Source: Desulfatiglandales bacterium | GTDB taxonomy: Bacteria > Desulfobacterota > DSM-4660 > Desulfatiglandales > Desulfatiglandaceae | Reading direction: 5' to 3' | DNA: 64,000 nucleotides | NCBI GenBank assembly: GCA_963662465.1 | Contig: OY759599.1 | Span: forward strand, 2,752,001 to 2,816,000 | The notes under the pieces: generated by a model | What the model saw: the letters and a program-made list of their open reading frames with translations, nothing else | Told to the model about the DNA's origin: nothing | The model's database searches: none | Shown here: in pieces, positions 51,659 through 62,053 of the stretch | Layout of the letters: every line of letters begins with the position of its first letter | How positions within the stretch are numbered: position 1 is the first letter of the stretch | Position numbers and translations under genes: made by a program

Positions 51659-51817
51659 GAAACCTGAAACCAGGACTTGAGCAAAAGGTGTAAACCAGAT
51701 AGTGAAGGATGCCAATTATTATTGACGCTACAATATTATAGATGATATTTAGTAAAACTTAAAGCAAAGACATTACGGCCTCATCCATTTCAGCAGACGC
51801 AAGAAAGGAGAATAGCC

Positions 51818-54800
51818 ATGGACAACAGAACCTGGCTGCAAGGTGTGGGGTCCAGAACATCAATGCGCGGTTTTTGGAGATGCGCTGTTCTGGCAATTCT
51901 GGCTTTTGTATTGTTGCATCTCTCGCAAAGGGAAGTGTACGCGGTCCAAACCGTCATCCAGGACTGGGATGGCAGCGTCATGGATACCATCGACTGGACC
52001 ATCAGCAACAATGTGGAAATTATCGACAGTTGGGCAAGCCGTTGCAAGGTGTACAAAGGCAGTGATACTGATATTACAGCCTATTGTTATTACGAAGCGG
52101 ATTTCACCGAACTGGGCGGCTGGGTGGACGTCCAAGCCACGTTTTCCCCGAAAACGCGTTTTCAGCAAGAAAGCTTTCGGGTTTCCTATGGGTACTCACA
52201 GACCTCCCATCCATGCGGCAACTACGAGGTATGTCCCGAAACCTTTGACATCAGCCATGGGGATAATTTCTGGCCTTACTATTACCGCTGGGGTACAAGT
52301 CTGTACGATCCCTCCATGGGGGGATCTCTCGGCCACGGCTGGGGAATCACCATACGGTTTTATGGCTTTACTTACTCCCCTGGCTCCCCTATCGCCATCC
52401 GCAACTATGCCATCCATATCCGGCCGACCAATTCGCAGGCCCTTGCATGGCGCAAACGGTTCTATCCGCCGCAGCCGAACAATGGGCAACCGTGGCCCTG
52501 CTCACCCAAACCGCCCAAGCCCTATCCGCCCAAGCCGGAGGAACTGAAGGATCCGGCCAACCCCTATGAGGGCGCCGGAGCGTGTATGCCTTTTGGGCTG
52601 CCCGTCTATTGGGTGGACCCGAACACGCTGACCCTGTACGTACAGGACACGGATTTTTCATACGAGGGTCTGGGTCCCAGGGTAAAGATGACGCGGTATT
52701 TTTCCAGCCAAAGCGACCCGCTTCTCTATGACCGGAGCGGTTCCTTCGGACACGGATGGCATTTTTCCTATGACACACGGCTGACAGAATCCGGATGTAA
52801 TGTGATGCTGATGGACCTGGAGGGAAAGGAACGCATTTTCGGCTATCCCGAGGGGGACTGTGGCGGCGGAAGCGCGGGATCACCCCTTGAACTGTCTCCA
52901 TCTGAAAACGTTTTTGACAGGTTGTTTGCCCATGGAAGCGGTGTCTTTGTCCTGGAGCGCAAATCCCCGCGGGAATGGTTGCGATACGAGCCCTATGGCG
53001 ATGTTTCCCGCCTGGTTTCCGTGGCTGACGCCGCGGGCAACCAGATAACGGTCCAGCGCGCGGTGAATGGAAAAATCCAGGAAATTCGGGATGCCGCGGG
53101 AAGAAGCACCGCTCTGACCCACGACGCGCAGGGACAATGCACTGCTTTGACCGCGCCGGACAGCCGAAAGACCACATTTGCCTATGATGCCGGCGGGAAG
53201 CTCGTCCGAAGCACGGACTTCATGGGAAATCAGACCGATTACGGCTACGACGCCGACGGGCACATGGTTACCATGAAAAACGGGGGCAAGACGACCGCTT
53301 TCGGCTATTCCTCCAGTGAATCGCTGGGCCGCTACATATCTTCCCTGACCAACGCTAACGGTTTGAAAAAAACCTATCGGGTCACAATTGTGGGGAACAC
53401 CTTTGGGGTGGAGGAGGCTTTCCCGTCCAACAGCAAGAGAACATACACCGGCATGCTGACGCGTCCGGTGCTCATCAGCGCCCGCGACGGGGCCGACAAC
53501 GGTCCGGATTATGCCTATACTATTTCCGGTACAAGCACTCCGAGCGTTATCGGAGCTATTAATTACACGGACCCCCTGGGTGAAAAGACCACCATCCGCA
53601 GAAATGACCGCGGCAACATCACGAAATACGAATCACCGGACAATAACCATGTCACTTACACCTACAACGACACGGACAGGATGACGAGCCGCAGCAATTT
53701 CCTGAATGAGAAGTGGGCGTATGAATATAACGCCTTTGGCAATCTGACCAGGGGCACATCGCCCGAAGGGAGGACAACCACTTTTGAATACAACGCCGAC
53801 GGATTGCTTACGAAAACAACCAATCCCCGGAATGCCGTCACCCGCTATGAATACGACGCCTTCGGGAATCTTAAGCGAATGGTGAATCCCCTGGGAAATG
53901 AGATTTTGTGGGAATACGATACCCATGGCTTTAAACCAACGTCCATTGTCGATCCGCGGGGTAACCGGACCCGATTTGCGTATGATCCCTTGCACCGTTT
54001 GACCCGAACAACCCATCCGGACGGCACCTGGCGAGAAAACGATTACAACTGTTGCTCCCTCGCATCCTCGACCGACGAAAACGGCTATACGACCCTCGTT
54101 GAAAGCGACGGCATGCATAAACCCTTGCGAATTACGGACCCCTAGGGGAATGCCCTGGCATTCTCCTACAATCAGGATGGGAACCTCTCTCAAACAACGG
54201 ACGCTCTGGGAAGGATAACCCGGTTCAGCAATGATAAGGCCAACCGGCTGTCCCGGTTCACGGATCCCAATGGTGTGGCGGTTTCCATGTCCTATGATAA
54301 GCAGGGCAACATGACCACGATTACAGACGGGTTGAACAACCGGATGCAGTTCCAATACGACGTCAACCATCGCATGAGCCGGATCACGGATCAGCTGCTT
54401 AGAAACATCGTTTTCACCCGCAACGCGGCCGGTCGCGTGACGTCCAGAACCAACTCCCGGGGCCAGGTGGTGGGCTATGCATACAACAAGGACGGGTTTC
54501 TGGTGCAAAAGGACTATAACGGGGTCATTGAGACGAGTTATCAGCGAAACGAGGTGAACCGGATTGAGCGTATGACGGACCCTGGCGGGGAAACCGTGTA
54601 TGAATACGACCTGTCCGATCAGGTTACGGCCATTACCTATCCCAACGGCATGAAAGCGACCTTTGCGTATGATCCAGCGGGGAACTTGGAACGGATCGTC
54701 TACCCCGGCGGTGTGACGGCAACGTATGGCTATAATTCCCGAAACAGGGTCGAGGCGCTCACCTGGGGCGGGAAAACCGTCACCTTTCAATACGACGGCG

Positions 54801-55984
54801 TGGGCAACCTGATCGGCATAACCCGGCCCAACAACATGAGCACCACCATCACTTACGACAAAAACAGCTACGCGCAAAGCGTCGTCCACAGTCGCTCCGG
54901 CGGCAACACCTTGGTCCGGTTCACCTATACCCGGGATAAGGGCAACAACATTATTCAGGTGCAATCCGATTTGTCAAATGATTGGCCGGCCCTGAATCCG
55001 AGTCTCTTGACCGCGCCCCTGAACCAGTCATTCAATGCGGCCAACCAGGTGATCGCATCCAATAGCGACGCATTTACCTATGATCTCGACGGCAATCTGA
55101 CGACGATGGCGGGAGGGCGTGCGTTCACCGCCCAGTATGACGCGAAAAACCGGCTGACCGCCATGACCCGGAAAGGGATCAACACCGTGAACGCGTATAA
55201 CGGCCACGGAATGCGCACCTCCCGGACCCGCGCGGGACAGGTGCGCACCTTTCATCATGATCACCTCTGGCGCCTGCTCTTTGAGACCGACGGCGGCGGA
55301 ACGGTGACGGCCTACTATTTTTACAACGGGAAGCGGCTGGTGGCCATGCAGCGTGCAGACGCAAGGGTCTTCTTTCATCATTTTGACCATAACGGCAACA
55401 CCATGGCCCTGACCGATGCCACCGGCGCGGTATCCGCCACATACCGTTACTCGCCTTACGGCCAAATCCTTACCCAAACCGGCGCCGCGGACAATCCGTT
55501 CACGTATGTGGGGGCCTATGGCGTCATGGACGAAGGGGACGGCATCTACTTTATGCGACAGCGCCATTATGACGCCTTGACCGGCCGGTTCATGCAAAAG
55601 GATCCTATAGGCATTACTGGCGGGGTAAATCTTTATGAATATGCAGAGGGAAATCCCCTTTTAAAGGTTGATCCGGAAGGGACTTCCTGTACTCTCATTG
55701 CCTCAGCCATAGTTATCACGCTTGCAGTTGGATTTACAGTCAACTGGTGGTACGGTACTCTTGACAAAGAATCTGCAAAAGACACCACGGAAGGTGCGAT
55801 AAATGATGCAATCCCAGGTGTTAATATAGGCGTGGGGATTGTGAAAGGCGCTCCGGATGCTTACAAATACGTAGATGGAATAAATCGTCGGAATGCTGAG
55901 ATAGAAGATAACGATCCCGATATCGATTTTAAACCTTATATGAAGTATAGGAATTTTTTCAGTGAGGATGATTCAGGAGATTGA
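51818..55984 (+). pseudogene. Secreted RHS/YD-repeat protein, copy 1, interrupted by an in-frame TAG at 54143-54145
   Basis: Colinear with copy 2, which has CAG at 59468-59470; DUF6531-like region, YD repeats, RHS core RHYDALTGRFMQKDPIG...NPLLKVDPEG. Confidence 0.88.
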
Positions 55985-56248
55985 GAGCCTAAATGAGCGA
56001 AAAGCGTAAGGACATCACGACAGGGTAGCGGGTATGGAGTCGGTGGATCCGGGCGCTTGGGTTTGGAACACATGGAGAAAGGGCAGGTAATGCGGCAATA
56101 CGTTGATGGAAGAAAGAGAAAGGCAGCCAACCGCAAAGTGGCTGAAGCAACGGCAAAGGCATGCCGAAATGGGTGGCATGGACACGGGCGAAAGTTGCTA
56201 GGGGTTCGCATGTGTACCCTCCAAAAATGCAAGATCGGAGGATAAATC

Positions 56249-56728
56249 GTGAAAGATACTTCCACTTTTGTCTTTAGATTGGCTTTGCTTATCATGGCCT
56301 TTATAGCTGGTGTTTTAGGTGCTGAGGCGGCAACCATCACCTACACCTACGACGCTGCCGGTCGCCTGACGGGGGCGGATTACGGGGATGGTCTGAAGAT
56401 CGTTTACACCTACGACGCCAACGGCAACCTGCTCAAGAGGGACCAGGCGCCCATGTCCACGGTGTATGTCAGCGCGGGGAACTGTGGGGGCAAAACACCG
56501 TGTTACCATACCCTTGCCGAGGCGGTGAGCAGCGCCCCCAACGATGCCCTTATCAAAGTGGCGGCGGAGACCTTTTTGAGTTATACGGTGGATGCGGGAA
56601 AAACCCTCACCTTTGAATGGGGGTACGACTCCGGCTTTACCACTAACACAGGCGTTACCCAAGTTCAGGGGACTTTCAGAGCAAAGAATAAGACCATCAT
56701 CCGCTCCGGCGCCATACGGGCCAGGTGA
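56249..56728 (+). CDS. Small secreted protein with short YD repeats and a Cys-containing C-terminal domain, copy 1
   Basis: GGAGG RBS + GTG; signal ending AEA; YTYDAAGRLT...YTYDANGNLL; CGGKTPCY. Confidence 0.82.
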   Translation: MKDTSTFVFRLALLIMAFIAGVLGAEAATITYTYDAAGRLTGADYGDGLKIVYTYDANGNLLKRDQAPMSTVYVSAGNCGGKTPCYHTLAEAVSSAPNDALIKVAAETFLSYTVDAGKTLTFEWGYDSGFTTNTGVTQVQGTFRAKNKTIIRSGAIRAR

Positions 56729-56746
56729 GATGATCGGTTGGAATGT

Positions 56747-56896
56747 AATTCCGGGGACAGTATATCAAATTTCTATTTTTCTTTGGCTTTCTTCCAGGTT
56801 TTCGTTGCTTCAAACAAATAAATATACTGTCCTCAGAACTGCCCAACTATCTATTTGTGGAGAAAAAGCGGCAATGGGTACACTGTCCCCGGAATT
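56747..56896. repeat. Inverted-repeat element (REP/MITE-like) between the duplicated units
   Basis: AATTCCGGGGACAGT at 56747-56761, perfect inverted copy at 56882-56896, degenerate third copy at 56822-56840. Confidence 0.7.
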
Positions 56897-57078
56897 TAAG
56901 CACAAATTAAATCATGAAGTAAACAAAATACAGAAGAATTCTACAGAGGGTCTGATTGTTTAAGGAAAAACCCAAGTAGGGACAATACCCCTTTTTCGCC
57001 CATAATCCACGATGAACCTATTTGTTAAAGGCGACTGAAGATAAAGCTTTTCCAATTCCGATAGGTGACAATATTTTA

Positions 57079-57107
57079 TTGAAATCAAGAAATACCCATT
57101 ATAAAAT
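57079..57107 (+). promoter_or_regulatory. Candidate sigma70 promoter for RHS copy 2
   Basis: TTGAAA-N17-TAAAAT ending 65 nt before ATG 57173. Confidence 0.4.
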
Positions 57108-57172
57108 GTCTATTCAGAGTAAAAAAATTGCCGTTCATCCATTTCAGAAGGCGCAAAATAAGGAGAATAGCC

Positions 57173-60100
57173 ATGAACAACAGAACTTGGCTGCAAAATG
57201 TGGGGTCCAGAGCATCAATGCGCGGTTTTTGGAGATGCGCTGTTCCGGCAATTCTGGTTTTTGTATTGTTGCATTTTCCGCAAGGGGGAGCCTACGCGGA
57301 ATCGGTCCAAACCGTGATCAATGACTGGGATGGCAGCGTCATGGACACCATCGACTGGACCATCAGCAACAACGTGGAACTCACTTTGGTAAAAAAAATC
57401 TGCAAGGTGACGAAACCTAATGATCTTGATGTTAATGCCTATTGTTATTACGAAGCGGATTTCACCCATGTGGGCGGCTGGGTGGACGTCAATGTCACAA
57501 TGTCTCCGCAAACGCGGTTTCAGTTTGAAAGCCTTAGGGTTTCCTATGGGTACTCTCATACCACGAATCCGTGCGGCAACTATGATGAATGTCCCGAAAC
57601 CTTGAATGTCAGCCATGGGGATAATTTCTGGCCCTACTACTACCAGTTTAACAGGAACCAGGGCTGGGGAATCATCATACAATTTTTCGGCTATAATGGA
57701 TATTATAAAGCCATTCGCAACTATGTCATCCATATCGCGCCGTCCAAATCGAAGGCTTTTGCATGGCGCGAACGGTTCTATCCGCCGCAACCTGACAATA
57801 ATGGTCAGCCGTGGCCCTGCTCGCCCAAACCGCCCAAGCCCTATCCACCCAAGCCCGAAGATCTCAAGGACCCGACCAACCCCTATGAGGGCGCCGGTGC
57901 GTGTGTGCCTTTTGGGTTGCCCGTCTATTGGGTGGACCCGAACACACTGACCATGCACATGCAGGACACGGATTTTTCCTACGAGGGTCTGGGGCCCAAG
58001 GTAAAGATGACACGCTATTTTTCCAGTAAAAGCGACCCGCTGCTTTATGACCAGAGCGGATCGTTCGGACACGGATGGCATTTTTCCTATGACACTCGGC
58101 TGACAAAATCCGGATGTGCCGTAATGTTGGTGAACCTGGAGGGAAAGGAGCGTATCTTTGCCTATCCCGAGGGAGCCTGCGGCGGCGGAAGCCCGGGGGC
58201 GCCCCTTGAACTGTCTCGATCTGAAAACGTTTTTGACAGGTTGTTCGCCCATGGAAGCGGTGTCTTTGTTCTGGAGCGCAAGTCCCCGAGGGAGTGGTTG
58301 CGATATGAACCCTATGGCGACGTTTCCCTCCTGGTTTCCGTGGCTGACGCCGCGGGCAACCAGATAAAGGTCCAGCGCGCGGCGAATGGAAAAATCCAGG
58401 AAATTCGGGATGCTGCGGGAAGAAGCACCGCTCTGACCCACGACGCGCAGGGACGATGCACCGCCTTGACCACGCCGGACAGCCGGAAGACCACATTTGC
58501 CTATGATGCCGGCGGGAAGCTCGTCCGAAGCACGGACTTCATGGGAAATCAGACCGATTACGTCTACGACGCCGACGGCCATATGCTTTCCATGAAAACC
58601 GGTGACAAAACCACCGCTTTCGGCTATTCCTCCAGTGAATCGCTGGGCCGCTACATTTCTTCCCTGACCAACGCTAACGGTTTGAAAAAAACCTATCGGG
58701 TCACAAACGTGGTGACCGCCTTCGGGGTGGAGGAGGCTTTTCCGTCCACCAACAAGAGAACATACACCGGCGACCTGACGCGTCCGTGGCTCACCGGCGC
58801 CCGCGACGGGGCCGGCAACGGCCCAGATTATGCCTATACTTATTCTGGTACAAGCACTCCGACTCCGAGCGTTATCGGGGCTATTAATTACACGGACCCC
58901 CTGGGTCAAAAAACCACCATACGCAAGGATGCCCGCGGCAACATCACCAAATACGAATTCCCGGACAACAACCATGACACTTACACCTACAACGACACGG
59001 ACAGGATGACGAGCCGCAGCAATTTCCTGAATGAGAAGTGGGAGTATGAATACAACGCCATGGGGAATATGACCAAGGCCACATCGCCCGGAGGGAAGAC
59101 AACCACCTTTGAATACAACGCCGACGGATTGCTCACCAAAGCAACCAATCCCCGGAATGCCGTCACCCGTTATGAATACGACGCCTTCGGCAATCTTAAG
59201 CGAATGGTGAATCCCCTGGAAAATGAGATTTTGTGGGAATACGATACCCATGGCTTTAAACCAACGTCCATTGTCGATCCGCGGAGCAACCGGACCCGAT
59301 TTGCGTACGATCCTTTGCACCGTTTGACCCGAATAACCCATCCGGACGGCACCTGGCGGGAAAACGATTACAACTGTTGCTCCCTCGCATCCTCGACCGA
59401 CGAAAACGGCTATACAACCCTCGTTGAAAGCGATGCTCTGCACAAACCCGTGCGGATTACGGACCCCCAGGGGAATGCGCTGGCATTCGCCTACAATCAG
59501 GATGGGAACCTCTCTCAAACAACGGACGTCTTGGGGAGGATAACCCGGTTCAGCAATGATAAGGCCAACCGGCTGTCCCGGTTCACGGATCCCAATGGTG
59601 TGGCGGTTTCCATGTCCTATGATAAGCAGGGCAAAATGACAACGGTTACGGACGGGTTAAACAACCGGATGGAGTTTCAATACGACGCCAACCATCGCAT
59701 GAGCCGGATCACGGATCAGCTGCTTAGAAACATCGTCTTCACCCGCGACGCGGCCGGTCGCGTGACGTCCAGAACCAACTCCCGGGGCCAGGTGGTGGGC
59801 TATGCATACAACAAGGACGGGTTTCTGGTGCAAAAGGACTATAACGGGGTCATTGAGACGAGTTATCAGCGAAACGAGGTGAACCGGATTGAGCGTATGA
59901 CGGACCCTGGCGGGGAAACCGTGTATGAATACGACCTGTCCGATCAGGTTACGGCCATTACCTATCCCAACGGCATGAAAGCGACCTTTGCGTATGATCC
60001 AGCGGGGAACTTGGAACGGATCGTCTACCCCGGCGGTGTGACGGCAACGTATGGCTATAATTCCCGAAACAGGGTCGAGGCGCTCACCTGGGGCGGGAAA

Positions 60101-61309
60101 ACCGTCACCTTTCAATACGACGGCGTGGGCAACCTGATCGGCATAACCCGGCCCAACAACATGAGCACAACCATCACTTACGATAAAAACAGCTACGCGC
60201 AAAGCGTCGTCCACAGTCGCTCCGGCGGCAACACCTTGGTCCGGTTCACCTATACCCGGGATAAGGGCAACAACATTATTCAGGTGCAATCCGATTTGTC
60301 AAATGATTGGCCGGCCCTGAATCCGAGTCTCTTGACCGCGCCCCTGAACCAGTCATTCAATGTGGCCAACCAGGTGATCGCATCCAACAGCGACGCATTT
60401 ACCTATGATCTCGACGGCAATCTGACGACGATGGCGGGAGGGCGTGCGTTCACCGCCCAGTATGACGCGAAAAACCGGCTGACCGCCATGACCCGGAAAG
60501 GGATCAACACCGTAAACGCGTACAACGGCCACGGAATGCGCGCCTCCCGGACCCGCGCCGGGCAGGTGCGCACCTTTCATCACGATCACCTCTGGCGCCT
60601 GCTCTTTGAAACCGACGGCGGCGGGACGGTGACGGCCTACTATTTTTACAACGGGAGGCGGCTGGTGGCCATGCAGCGGGTGGGCGCGGGGAACTTCTTT
60701 CATCATTTTGACCACAACGGCAACACCATGGCCCTGACCGATGCCTCCGGCGCGGTATCCGCCACATACCGTTACTCGCCTTACGGCCAAATCCTTACCC
60801 AAACCGGCGCCGTGGACAATCCGTTCACGTATGTTGGGGCCTATGGGGTCATGGACGAAGGGGACGGCATCTACTTTATGCGACAGCGCCATTATGACGC
60901 CTTGACCGGCCGGTTCATGCAAAAGGATCCTATAGGCATTACTGGCGGGGTAAATCTTTATGAATATGCAGAGGGAAATCCCCTTTTAAAGGTTGATCCG
61001 GAAGGGACTTCCTGTACTCTCATTGCCTCAGCCATAGTTATCACGCTTGCAGTTGGATTTACAGTCAACTGGTGGTACGGTACTCTTGACAAAGAATCTG
61101 CAAAAGACACCACGGAAGGTGCGATAAATGATGCAATCCCAGGTGTTAATATAGGCGTGGGGATTGTGAAAGGCGCTCCGGATGCTTACAAATACGTAGA
61201 TGGAATAAATCGTCGGAATGCTGAGATAGAAGATAACGATCCCGATATCGATTTTAAACCTTATATGAAGTATAGGAATTTTTTCAGTGATGATGATTCA
61301 GGAGATTGA
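57173..61309 (+). CDS. Secreted RHS/YD-repeat protein, copy 2 (intact, 1378 aa)
   Basis: AAGGAG RBS; signal peptide ending AYA; N-terminal domain, Pro-rich linker, YD repeats, RHS core ending DPEG, ~100-aa C-terminal tip with a hydrophobic helix. Confidence 0.93.
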   Translation: MNNRTWLQNVGSRASMRGFWRCAVPAILVFVLLHFPQGGAYAESVQTVINDWDGSVMDTIDWTISNNVELTLVKKICKVTKPNDLDVNAYCYYEADFTHVGGWVDVNVTMSPQTRFQFESLRVSYGYSHTTNPCGNYDECPETLNVSHGDNFWPYYYQFNRNQGWGIIIQFFGYNGYYKAIRNYVIHIAPSKSKAFAWRERFYPPQPDNNGQPWPCSPKPPKPYPPKPEDLKDPTNPYEGAGACVPFGLPVYWVDPNTLTMHMQDTDFSYEGLGPKVKMTRYFSSKSDPLLYDQSGSFGHGWHFSYDTRLTKSGCAVMLVNLEGKERIFAYPEGACGGGSPGAPLELSRSENVFDRLFAHGSGVFVLERKSPREWLRYEPYGDVSLLVSVADAAGNQIKVQRAANGKIQEIRDAAGRSTALTHDAQGRCTALTTPDSRKTTFAYDAGGKLVRSTDFMGNQTDYVYDADGHMLSMKTGDKTTAFGYSSSESLGRYISSLTNANGLKKTYRVTNVVTAFGVEEAFPSTNKRTYTGDLTRPWLTGARDGAGNGPDYAYTYSGTSTPTPSVIGAINYTDPLGQKTTIRKDARGNITKYEFPDNNHDTYTYNDTDRMTSRSNFLNEKWEYEYNAMGNMTKATSPGGKTTTFEYNADGLLTKATNPRNAVTRYEYDAFGNLKRMVNPLENEILWEYDTHGFKPTSIVDPRSNRTRFAYDPLHRLTRITHPDGTWRENDYNCCSLASSTDENGYTTLVESDALHKPVRITDPQGNALAFAYNQDGNLSQTTDVLGRITRFSNDKANRLSRFTDPNGVAVSMSYDKQGKMTTVTDGLNNRMEFQYDANHRMSRITDQLLRNIVFTRDAAGRVTSRTNSRGQVVGYAYNKDGFLVQKDYNGVIETSYQRNEVNRIERMTDPGGETVYEYDLSDQVTAITYPNGMKATFAYDPAGNLERIVYPGGVTATYGYNSRNRVEALTWGGKTVTFQYDGVGNLIGITRPNNMSTTITYDKNSYAQSVVHSRSGGNTLVRFTYTRDKGNNIIQVQSDLSNDWPALNPSLLTAPLNQSFNVANQVIASNSDAFTYDLDGNLTTMAGGRAFTAQYDAKNRLTAMTRKGINTVNAYNGHGMRASRTRAGQVRTFHHDHLWRLLFETDGGGTVTAYYFYNGRRLVAMQRVGAGNFFHHFDHNGNTMALTDASGAVSATYRYSPYGQILTQTGAVDNPFTYVGAYGVMDEGDGIYFMRQRHYDALTGRFMQKDPIGITGGVNLYEYAEGNPLLKVDPEGTSCTLIASAIVITLAVGFTVNWWYGTLDKESAKDTTEGAINDAIPGVNIGVGIVKGAPDAYKYVDGINRRNAEIEDNDPDIDFKPYMKYRNFFSDDDSGD

Positions 61310-61573
61310 GAGCCTAAATGAACGAAAAGCGTAAGGACATCACGACAGGGTAGCGAGTATGGAGTCGGTGGATCCGGGCGCTTGGGTTTGGAACACATGG
61401 AGAAAGGGCAGGTAATGCGGCAATACGTTGATGGAAGGAAGAGAAAGGCAGCCAACCGCAAAGTGGCTGAAGCAACAGCAAAGGCATGCCGAAATGGGTG
61501 GCATGGACACGGGCGAAAGTCGATAGGGGTTCGCATGTGTACCCTTCAAAAATGCAAAATCGGAGGATAAATC

Positions 61574-62053
61574 GTGAAAGAGACTTCCACTTTTGTCTTT
61601 ACAATGGCTTTGCTTATCATGGCCTTTATAGCCGGTGTTCCAGGTGCTGAGGCGGAGACCGTCAGCTACACCTACGATGCTAATGGTCGCTTGACCGGGG
61701 CGGATTACGGGGATGGTCTGATTATCGGTTACACCTACGACGCCAACGGCAACCTGCTCAAGAGGGACCAGGCACCCATGTCCACGGTGTATGTCAGCGC
61801 CGGGAACTGTGGGGGCAAAACCCCCTGCTACCACACCCTTGCCGAGGCGGTGACTAACGCCCCCAATTATGCCCTTATCAAAGTGGCGGCGGAGACCTTC
61901 GCGGGTTATACGGTGGATGCGGGAAAAACCCTCACCTTCCAATGGGGGTACGATGCCGGCTTTAACACCAACACAGGCGTTACCCAGGTCCAGGGAACTT
62001 TCAGAGCAAAGAACAAGACCATCATTCGCTCCGGCGCCATCCGGGCCAAGTGA
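61574..62053 (+). CDS. Small secreted YD-repeat protein, copy 2
   Basis: Paralog of 56249-56728. Confidence 0.82.
   Translation: MKETSTFVFTMALLIMAFIAGVPGAEAETVSYTYDANGRLTGADYGDGLIIGYTYDANGNLLKRDQAPMSTVYVSAGNCGGKTPCYHTLAEAVTNAPNYALIKVAAETFAGYTVDAGKTLTFQWGYDAGFNTNTGVTQVQGTFRAKNKTIIRSGAIRAK

Noticed and set aside
56057..56245. 62-aa ORF as RHS immunity protein
   Set aside because: TTG start without a clear RBS, basic low-complexity sequence, no supporting motif; cannot be fully excluded.
51818..57800. Diversity-generating retroelement behind the RHS N-terminal variation
   Set aside because: No reverse transcriptase in the window; differences include indels and are not visibly restricted to adenines.
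57215..59518. 767-aa minus-strand ORF and similar antisense ORFs (e.g. 53633-54964)
   Set aside because: Antisense shadows of the RHS genes with no recognisable motifs.
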